Below are positions 16,921 to 24,628 of a stretch of 64,000 nt of DNA, piece after piece. The position numbers and the translations under genes are program-made. Origin of the DNA: Kiritimatiellia bacterium (lineage in GTDB: Bacteria > Verrucomicrobiota > Kiritimatiellia > RFP12 > UBA1067); the NCBI GenBank assembly GCA_017463935.1, contig JAFUEM010000028.1:751-64750 (forward strand). The letters run 5' to 3'. The notes below the pieces were generated by a model. The model was not told the origin of the DNA, ran no database searches, and saw only the letters and a list, made by a program, of their open reading frames with translations. The first letter of the stretch is position 1. Every line of letters begins with the position of its first letter.

Positions 16921-17628
16921 ATGAATGAAAAGAAGATCGAAATCAAGGGACCGAATCTGCCTCTTGACCCAATTGTCGGAGAGACAGACCCAGTGTTTTC
17001 TGAAATCAAGGCGGTGCATGACGCCCTGCTTGCAGAGTTCAAGCGCCTTGACGAGATACGGTCGTCGCAAGTTGAGGGCGCGTCATGGAGTTTGGACAAG
17101 GACAAACGCATCTACTCTGTCGAAGAATACAACGAAATGCTTGCCGCCTACAGAGCCGCCCGCAAAGCGTATGTCGAACGGTACAGGGAGAAGCTTGAGA
17201 CCATTGACATGGTGCGTGAGAAAATCCGCAAACTGCAAGATGAAGAGGAACGCTTCGCCGCCGAGAACGGGTGCAATGAGATTGATGAACCGCCAGATCT
17301 GCCGGACTTCGAGGAGATACCAAACGAGCCCTGGGAGGACTGGTGCAAGCGGCAGAAAGAATATTGGGATCAATTGAGTGCCGCAATGGAGAAGACGCAT
17401 CAACAGATGCAAAAGCAATGCGAGCAGAACAAGTTTTTCGTTCGCCGTCTTGAGGAGATAGGCAAGTTCGGTGAACTTGAATACGAAATGGAATTCCGTC
17501 TTCGTCACACATACATCAACCCCAAGACTGGCGAACAGGAGTATCGTCCTGACGATGACGTTGGCGAGGGCTTGATCTGCGTCGGCTCACGCGACTACAA
17601 CCCAAAGCGAGAGGACTTTGATGATTGA
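16921..17628 (+). CDS. coiled-coil protein, first gene of sigma-54-driven operon
   Basis: 235 aa, highly charged, heptad-rich (EEYNEMLAAYRAARKAYVERYREKLETIDMVREKIRKLQDEEERF); GAAAGG SD. Confidence 0.6.
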   Translation: MNEKKIEIKGPNLPLDPIVGETDPVFSEIKAVHDALLAEFKRLDEIRSSQVEGASWSLDKDKRIYSVEEYNEMLAAYRAARKAYVERYREKLETIDMVREKIRKLQDEEERFAAENGCNEIDEPPDLPDFEEIPNEPWEDWCKRQKEYWDQLSAAMEKTHQQMQKQCEQNKFFVRRLEEIGKFGELEYEMEFRLRHTYINPKTGEQEYRPDDDVGEGLICVGSRDYNPKREDFDD

Positions 17629-19240
17629 TGCGGAGCGATTCTGCCGTCTTGCGGACGCGGCGGCTGACGGTCTCAAGGAGCGAGGCGAGATTGTTGCTGG
17701 TGCGCTCCTCGCCGTGCTGTCCGGCCAGTCCGTGTTCTTCTACGGGCCTCCGGGAACGGCGAAGAGCCTCATCGCACGTCGGCTTTCGGGCTGCTTCAAG
17801 TCATCGGTGTTCTTTGAGTGCCTGATGAACCGCTTTACAACGCCGGAGGAGATATTCGGACCAGTCAGCATCAGGGAACTGAAGACGGAAGATCGCTATG
17901 TCCGCAAGACGGACGGCTTTCTGCCTTCGGCCGACTTCGGCTTTCTCGACGAGATATGGAAGTCTTCGCCAGCCATTTTGAACACGCTTCTGACGATTCT
18001 CAACGAACGAAAGTTTCGCAACGGCGACAAGGTGGAGGATGTTCCGCTAAAGGCCATCGTCGCGGCATCGAACGAGATCCCCCAGCCGGGTCAGGGGCTT
18101 GAGGCGCTTTACGACCGCTTCATCATGCGTTTTGCCGTCCCGCCAGTCAGGACAAGACGCGCCTTTGAATCACTGCTCGGAAGCGGCAGCGTTGGGACAT
18201 CCGTGGACATCGCGGAGGAAGACAAGATTTCAAACGAGGAGTGGGCGGCGCTTGTTGCGGACATTGCCGGGGTCGGCGTGTCGAAGGAGGCGTTGAACGT
18301 CATCCACGCCGTTCGCGTAAAGATTCAGAAGCGGAATGCAGAGAAGCCGGAAAGCCAAATATACGTGTCCGACCGCCGCTGGATGAAAGCCGTCGGCGTT
18401 GCGAAAACTGCGGCGGCGATTTGCGGACGGAAAGCCGTCATGCCTGTTGACACATTGATTATCCCGGATTGTATCTGGTCGAAGGACGATGAACGAGACG
18501 AGGTGCAGAAGATGGTCGATGAGGCGGTTCGGGAGTTTGGAACGCCATCGGCAGAGCGGCTCGATGCGTGGGAAAAGGCATTCTCCGACTTCGAGTCAGC
18601 ATCGGTCAACCGTGCTTTCTGGGACAGGGATGTGTTCAACACGGTCATGGCAGGCAACGTGGAATGCGTCCGCATGACCTCTTCCACGGCATCGGGGCAT
18701 CGGGATGAGTTCTACATACCCGTTTCGCGGATAGGAGCGGGAGGCAGATTTCACCCGTTGTCGAAAGACGGATTGGAAAGAATGGACCTTGAATGTAGTT
18801 GTCATGGCGGAAACGACTTCGGAATCCGTACCGATCCATCCCGCACCCCTCGTTCTTTTTCTGCGCTCGGCATGATGTCCGCGCTGTCTGCATCGGCGAA
18901 ATGGAATCTTGAGAACAACATTGAAAACAACTCCCATCCGTTGATGTCAAGGTTCACACTTTCTCCAATTGCACACGCCGGAGACTGCAAAGACGTCCCG
19001 ACAGACGCACTTGGCGAGGACAGGAAAACTGCGGGGCTGTTCCTCTCCGACATCGTGGCAATCGCGTCTGACTTTGACGCAGATGCATCGTCCGAGGCGG
19101 AGAACTATCCGTTTGTGCCGAAGAAGCGTCTGGCGGCAATCGGCGACGCATATCGGTCGTGTCGACAGCGGGCGGCGAATGACAAGGTGAAATGCGAATA
19201 CCTGATACACCGCCTTGGAACGCACAAGGCGTGGACGTAG
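17621..19240 (+). CDS. MoxR-like AAA+ ATPase with ~220 aa C-terminal extension
   Basis: GPPGTAKS Walker A, FLDEIWKSS Walker B, sensor region consistent with AAA_5/MoxR; overlaps upstream stop (ATGATTGATG). Confidence 0.8.
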   Translation: MIDAERFCRLADAAADGLKERGEIVAGALLAVLSGQSVFFYGPPGTAKSLIARRLSGCFKSSVFFECLMNRFTTPEEIFGPVSIRELKTEDRYVRKTDGFLPSADFGFLDEIWKSSPAILNTLLTILNERKFRNGDKVEDVPLKAIVAASNEIPQPGQGLEALYDRFIMRFAVPPVRTRRAFESLLGSGSVGTSVDIAEEDKISNEEWAALVADIAGVGVSKEALNVIHAVRVKIQKRNAEKPESQIYVSDRRWMKAVGVAKTAAAICGRKAVMPVDTLIIPDCIWSKDDERDEVQKMVDEAVREFGTPSAERLDAWEKAFSDFESASVNRAFWDRDVFNTVMAGNVECVRMTSSTASGHRDEFYIPVSRIGAGGRFHPLSKDGLERMDLECSCHGGNDFGIRTDPSRTPRSFSALGMMSALSASAKWNLENNIENNSHPLMSRFTLSPIAHAGDCKDVPTDALGEDRKTAGLFLSDIVAIASDFDADASSEAENYPFVPKKRLAAIGDAYRSCRQRAANDKVKCEYLIHRLGTHKAWT

Positions 19241-19243
19241 CAC

Positions 19244-20653
19244 GTGGATGCTGGCGAATATATCATCGAACTTCGCGAGACGTTTCCCGACGTTTGGGAA
19301 CCGTCTATAGAGCAACAGTTTTCCGCCGATGTCAAAGCGGCGGTTTCGGCGTGCGCAAAATCCGATCCGTTTGCGGCGGCATTCGCCGTGTTGGAAGCGG
19401 CGGAGCGCGAGTTCGCGGAGAAAGGCGCGGACGATGGACGGTGCTGCCGCGACCGGGAATCGTTTGCAAAGGCGTGTCCTGGCGAGGACGCCGACTTCTG
19501 GCTAGAAGAGCTTTCGGAAAGCGATGACGATGAACGTATCGCTGCCATACACGGCGGGATGCTGCGCCATTGGCGGGCATCGCTTGAGCGCGCCCATGCG
19601 CTGTGGCGAGAGCAGATGGCCTCGGAGCGGATTGCCCGGCTCTATGCCGAATACGTGGAGCGGCTCAAATGCATCAGGAAGCTGCTGTCGGGACTTGCGA
19701 TATTTGGCAAATCGGGCTTAGGCTGGGGGCTTGAGGCTGGCGAACTCGTCAAGCACGATGCGGCAACTCTCCTCTCGTGGCTGCGCAAGATCGAGGGCAA
19801 CCAGGAGCTGAAGCGCCTTTGCGATCTACTCGGACGCCTCATGGCGGCGGAGAAGCGCAAGGAGCGCGAGGAGATTGTCACGACCGTCGAGTATGAAGTG
19901 CCGAAGATCGACACTTCCGTCAAGGAGGAGATTGCCGGGATAACCCTTGGACGCAGCATCGAGGATGTCGTGCCGTCGGAACTGGCCGCCTGCGGCGATC
20001 CAGACCTTGAGACGCTCTTTGACCTGAAGTTCATCGAGGGGCGTCTTATGTGTTTCGATAAATCTGGCGTCCTGTTCGAGAAGCGCACAAAGGACGAGGC
20101 GCAGACGGTTGAACGCGAGACGGCGGATGGGCGCGGCCCGATGATCCTCTGCATTGACACGAGCGGGTCAATGTCCGGCGACCCGGAAGTTGTCGCCAAG
20201 GCCGTGTCGCTCGCCCTCGTCATGCGGGCGCGGCAGGAGAAGCGGAAATGCTATCTCATCAAGTTCAGCACCGGAATCGACGCGCAGAACGTCGGCGATG
20301 GCGCATCGCTCGATGCCATTATCGGCTTTTTGTCGAGTTCCTTTAACAGCGGCACGGACGCAGACCGGGCGCTGAAGGCCGGAATCAAGATGATGGAACA
20401 GAACGACTACCGCAAGGCCGATCTGCTGGTGGTGTCGGATTTCTGCTTTGGCTGGCAACGCAAGAAAATCAGCAAGCGCATTAGAGAGCAAAAGAAATCT
20501 GGCAGCCGCTTCTACGCGGTTATCGTTGATAATGTGGGGTGCGGATGCCATGACAAGCCGCCGTCTGGTTTTGACGGCGTGTGGCGTTTCCGTCCCGGCA
20601 ACTGCTCGCTGACCGCCTTGAAGGAACCAGCGAGGGTGGTAGGCAATGGTTAG
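19244..20653 (+). CDS. von Willebrand factor A domain protein (vWA partner of MoxR ATPase)
   Basis: C-terminal vWA with MIDAS DTSGSMSG; ~280 aa N-terminal unknown region; GTG start 4 nt after MoxR stop. Confidence 0.8.
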   Translation: MDAGEYIIELRETFPDVWEPSIEQQFSADVKAAVSACAKSDPFAAAFAVLEAAEREFAEKGADDGRCCRDRESFAKACPGEDADFWLEELSESDDDERIAAIHGGMLRHWRASLERAHALWREQMASERIARLYAEYVERLKCIRKLLSGLAIFGKSGLGWGLEAGELVKHDAATLLSWLRKIEGNQELKRLCDLLGRLMAAEKRKEREEIVTTVEYEVPKIDTSVKEEIAGITLGRSIEDVVPSELAACGDPDLETLFDLKFIEGRLMCFDKSGVLFEKRTKDEAQTVERETADGRGPMILCIDTSGSMSGDPEVVAKAVSLALVMRARQEKRKCYLIKFSTGIDAQNVGDGASLDAIIGFLSSSFNSGTDADRALKAGIKMMEQNDYRKADLLVVSDFCFGWQRKKISKRIREQKKSGSRFYAVIVDNVGCGCHDKPPSGFDGVWRFRPGNCSLTALKEPARVVGNG

Positions 20654-20738
20654 GGAATATCCATCGTCGTGGCTAAAAAGAATCCACAACCTCCACTTGG
20701 TGGCCAGTTCGTGGGCGATTAAGCACCGATTCCCGTCT

Positions 20739-20754
20739 TGGCATGGATGTTGCT
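20739..20754 (+). promoter_or_regulatory. second sigma-54 promoter TGGCATGGATGTTGCT
   Basis: Near-identical to 16871..16886; ~35 nt upstream of ATG 20789 with the same GAAAGG SD spacing. Confidence 0.65.
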
Positions 20755-20788
20755 ACACCACTGATGAATCATCTGAAAGGTATCAAAC

Positions 20789-21283
20789 ATGAGTACGAAC
20801 ATCAACGCAAAAGAACTGAACTCACGTCTGTGGACGGAGTGGAAGAACGGCATGAAGATCATGGCGGAATCGCTGTTGAAGGATTCCGTCGATATATCCG
20901 GCTCGGGATGCACGATTGTTCTGGGAAACGAAAACTTCATACAACGGGCGGTGATGTATCTTCAGCGCAAGTCCTACATTGGCAAGTTCAAGGATTACAA
21001 GTCGAGAATTTCCGCCTACGAGAAGTCCGTCATAGAACTTGTAGATGAGGTCAACAAGATGATCGCAAGTCCGGCGTCGCAGCCGTGGTACAAGTTCGGC
21101 ACGCCCGCACCGGCAAAAATCGAATACCGCAGTACACTTGACGAGATCATCATCGACGGGGACGACCGTCTGGAGAATACTGAATGGGGCGACCATGCCA
21201 TCGCCGCGTTCGAGAAACTGGGAGACTACTTGAACAACATCATGAACGTCCTCGAATCGGCGCAGAAGGAGATCGGCAAATGA
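20789..21283 (+). CDS. hypothetical protein (164 aa)
   Basis: First ORF after second sigma-54 promoter; no recognisable motif. Confidence 0.55.
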   Translation: MSTNINAKELNSRLWTEWKNGMKIMAESLLKDSVDISGSGCTIVLGNENFIQRAVMYLQRKSYIGKFKDYKSRISAYEKSVIELVDEVNKMIASPASQPWYKFGTPAPAKIEYRSTLDEIIIDGDDRLENTEWGDHAIAAFEKLGDYLNNIMNVLESAQKEIGK

Positions 21284-21366
21284 AAGTCGCTACACGTTTA
21301 GACTAACTCGTGGAATCCGAAAAATGGTATAATATACGGCAAGAAACAAAGCACTCAAAGGCGTTT

Positions 21367-22878
21367 ATGAGATTCAAAGTCTTCATATCCAGTGTACAGC
21401 GTGAATTTGCCGCAGAGCGGCAGATGCTGGCAGAGTATGTCCGCAAGGATGCGCTTTTGGGTAAGTTCTTTGATGTGTTTCTGTTCGAGGAAGAACCCGC
21501 TTGCGATGTTGAGGCGCGTGATTTGTATCTGCCTGAGGTTGAGAAGTCCGACATTTATCTCGGTATTCTCGGAGCGCAATTCGGCAATGCAGATGCGGAA
21601 GGTGTCTCGCCAACAGAACGCGAGTACGATTTGGCGACAATCAAGGGCAAGGAACGCCTTGTCTTTGTGAAGAAATGCGAGCGTGATCCACGCGAGAAAC
21701 GATTCTTGCAGAAGGTGCAATCCGATGTCGTCCGCAAGTCGTTTGAGACGGCCGAAGAACTGCAGCTGGCCGTGTACGCGGCGCTTGTTCGCGTGTTGGA
21801 GAACAAGGGCTATATTCGTGTCGCGCCGTTTGATCTGGCTGTCGATACGGATCTTACGTTAGCCGATGTGGATGACGCGAAAGTTCGTGACTACCTCGCA
21901 CGGGCGAGGGAGGCGAAGAAGATTTCTGTTCCGAAAGATGCAGATGCGGCATGGCTGTTGACGAAGCTTGGCATGATAGTTCCTGACGGACGGCTTACCA
22001 ATGCGGGAGTCCTTTTCTTTGCAAAGCATCCTCAGCAGGCGATTGATATCTCGGTTGTCAAATGTCTTCAGTATTGGGGAACGCATGTTGAGCGTCCAAT
22101 TCCGTCCTATCAGACATACGAGGATGGAATCATCGGCATGATTGAGTCGGCCTTGGCCTTTGTCATGGGGCGCATTGACCGAACCATCGGCATCCCAGAT
22201 GAGCGCGGACTTGCCGCAGCGCAGGACGAACTGCCGCGCATGGCCGTGCGCGAGGCGATTGTCAACGCGGTCTGCCACCGCGATTATGAATCTAACGGGG
22301 CTGTTCAGGTGATGCTCTTCCGTGATCGCCTTGAGATTATGAATCCGGGCACGCTTCCGCGAGGATGGACGGCTGGGACATTGCTGACAACGCATGAGTC
22401 GGTTGCCCGCAACAAGGTGATTGCCAAGGCTCTTGATTGGGCCGGATATGTCGAGCGTTCCGGACATGGCACCGAGTTTATCATCGAAAGATGCGAAGCC
22501 CAAGGACTTGCAACGCCGCAATACAAGCCAGATTCTGCCATTTTCCACACAATCATCTGGCGGAAAACGACGGAATCGGCTGTGTCCCAAGAAGCCTCTT
22601 GTCAAGTGGCCCAGTCAAATGGCCCAGTCGCGGCCCAGTCGTGGCCCAGTCGCGTATTTGATGCAATTTCCGCAGTGGGCGAGGCGTCTACGTCAGATCT
22701 GGCAGCGGCATTGTCCTTGGATAATTCAAGTGGAAGCCTGAAACGTGCTCTGCGGATCTTGCTCGCTGACGGCATTATCGAATACACCATTCCCGAAAAA
22801 CCACGCAGCCGCTTGCAGAAATACCGCCTAACCGAAAAAGGCCGTCAAATGCTAGTGCAGAAAGGAAAGCACAAATGA
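21367..22878 (+). CDS. DUF4062 / AlbA_2 (Schlafen-like) / HATPase_c_4 / wHTH multidomain protein
   Basis: N-terminus FKVFISSVQREFAAERQMLAEYV...DIYLGILGAQFG (DUF4062-like); middle LTNAGVLFFAKHP (AlbA_2-like); REAIVNAVCHRDY...FRDRLEIMNPG (HATPase_c_4 signature); AAAGG SD before ATG 21367. Confidence 0.65.
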   Translation: MRFKVFISSVQREFAAERQMLAEYVRKDALLGKFFDVFLFEEEPACDVEARDLYLPEVEKSDIYLGILGAQFGNADAEGVSPTEREYDLATIKGKERLVFVKKCERDPREKRFLQKVQSDVVRKSFETAEELQLAVYAALVRVLENKGYIRVAPFDLAVDTDLTLADVDDAKVRDYLARAREAKKISVPKDADAAWLLTKLGMIVPDGRLTNAGVLFFAKHPQQAIDISVVKCLQYWGTHVERPIPSYQTYEDGIIGMIESALAFVMGRIDRTIGIPDERGLAAAQDELPRMAVREAIVNAVCHRDYESNGAVQVMLFRDRLEIMNPGTLPRGWTAGTLLTTHESVARNKVIAKALDWAGYVERSGHGTEFIIERCEAQGLATPQYKPDSAIFHTIIWRKTTESAVSQEASCQVAQSNGPVAAQSWPSRVFDAISAVGEASTSDLAAALSLDNSSGSLKRALRILLADGIIEYTIPEKPRSRLQKYRLTEKGRQMLVQKGKHK

Positions 22879-23423
22879 CCGAGAAAGGCAAACTGGCGTT
22901 GCGCAAGCCGCTCGTGCCGGCAAAGCAAAAGCAGAGAAGCGTCAAGAAAAACAATCGCAAGGATTGCAAAAGCAAGCTGTCTCGGACTGTCATATACGGC
23001 ATAACCGATCCCGGCAAGGATGGGCCGGCTATCATGCGGACTATAGCCGACGAGTTGCCGCGCATCCATGATGCCACCGGCGGCAGGATAGACAAGGTCG
23101 TAATTGATTGCCATTATTCCACTCAGGCATCTCTCTCCTCGCCGTTTGAAGTGGATTACGAAAAGACAACAAGTCTGCAAACTGATTTGAAGATAGGCGA
23201 ATTCACAATCCGCACCAACTATCGTAACAGTAAATATGCCGATGAAAATTCTCGCGACATCAAGGCGATATTTGAGGAGTTGAGGCGGCTCCACCATCAA
23301 CTTGGCGACCAGATAAGCGAGATAGATGATGACCCTGAAGACGCCAGCAGCGCATTGGAGGACATCCACGCCGAAATGGAAACGCAATTGGATGCTCTTG
23401 AAGAGGCGCTTGAAGAAGAGTAA
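22875..23423 (+). CDS. hypothetical protein with basic N-terminus and acidic C-terminus
   Basis: Translationally coupled (ATGA overlap) to the preceding gene; 182 aa. Confidence 0.5.
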   Translation: MTEKGKLALRKPLVPAKQKQRSVKKNNRKDCKSKLSRTVIYGITDPGKDGPAIMRTIADELPRIHDATGGRIDKVVIDCHYSTQASLSSPFEVDYEKTTSLQTDLKIGEFTIRTNYRNSKYADENSRDIKAIFEELRRLHHQLGDQISEIDDDPEDASSALEDIHAEMETQLDALEEALEEE

Positions 23424-23538
23424 GCGATGAAACGAAGTTCTCCAAGGCAGGCTCGAAAAAGCGTACCGCAACGGACATATTCCATTGTTGGTGTCTTTAC
23501 TATTAGATTACTCAAGGACATTTATTGGGAATAGTTTC

Positions 23539-24618
23539 ATGGCCTTGACAATTGGTTCATTCAATCTTTGCAATTTCAGTTCAAACGAGGACCGCAAGTT
23601 CCCCAAGGACTATAGTGCGATTGCGAATGCAATTTTAATGTCAGGCGCAGATGTAATTGCGCTTCAAGAGGTTATAGATCAGCAAGCGATAAATAGTTTA
23701 CTGAATCAACTTCGCGGACTTGGAGGCGCGAATCGAGACTGGCGGGGCTTCTTTGATAAGAAGGCGACGTGGCGCAACAATCGTGAGGGATATGCATTTG
23801 TGTGGGACGAAAAATGCGTGACTTTTGCAAAGGACGATGATGGTAATGAGGTGTTGCCCGAATTAGTAACAAAGTTTACCTCAATAAAGCGTCCACCGAT
23901 GGTTGCAAGGTTTGTTACTACGGGATCGGGTGAATTGCACTATGAACTCTGTGTAATAAACACACATATCGTTTTCAAACCAGATGGTTATCAGGCGCGA
24001 CACCCGGAGTGGTATGGAGGTGCTGCGATAAGAGCATTCGAATATTCGAAGATCGTTAACAGTGTTTATCCGCGTTTCAGCAATAAGCACTGTACATACA
24101 CGATTATTGCTGGCGACTATAACTTGAAAAGTTCTATGCTTGCTGTAGTTAATGCTCGTCCTAAGCTATCTAAAGGGCAGCCTACTATGATGTCCGTGCA
24201 AAGCGATAAGACAACAATCAAAACAACAGATTCAATGATTGATGATACATGTGAATCTCAGGGAAGTAAGCCAGATGACATAGGTCTCTTCGCTGCAATT
24301 TATAATGGCGTTATGCGGCTATTCAAGAATGGCGAGTCGATAGGTCGGCCTCCGTCTCAGTTGGCGGATAAACAAGCGCAAACAGAGAATGCAGAAACGC
24401 AGCAACCAACTGCGGATGGCACATATGTTAGTGATTATGATCACTTCAGTTTTGAAGTTGGTCGGGTTGGCGACTATGTGAGAAATGCACATCGCGTTAA
24501 CGCCCCTGAGCTTCTTTATCCAACGCCGAGTCGTATGTTTCATTCCTATAAAGAAGGAGTATCGGATCATGTGCCGATAGCGGCAACACTTGATTTGTCT
24601 GCATCACAGTCATTGTAA
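23539..24618 (+). CDS. endonuclease/exonuclease/phosphatase (EEP, DNase I-like) family protein
   Basis: IALQEV, IIAGDYN and SDHVPI motifs characteristic of the EEP fold; low-GC gene. Confidence 0.7.
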   Translation: MALTIGSFNLCNFSSNEDRKFPKDYSAIANAILMSGADVIALQEVIDQQAINSLLNQLRGLGGANRDWRGFFDKKATWRNNREGYAFVWDEKCVTFAKDDDGNEVLPELVTKFTSIKRPPMVARFVTTGSGELHYELCVINTHIVFKPDGYQARHPEWYGGAAIRAFEYSKIVNSVYPRFSNKHCTYTIIAGDYNLKSSMLAVVNARPKLSKGQPTMMSVQSDKTTIKTTDSMIDDTCESQGSKPDDIGLFAAIYNGVMRLFKNGESIGRPPSQLADKQAQTENAETQQPTADGTYVSDYDHFSFEVGRVGDYVRNAHRVNAPELLYPTPSRMFHSYKEGVSDHVPIAATLDLSASQSL

Positions 24619-24628
24619 GGAGAATAAC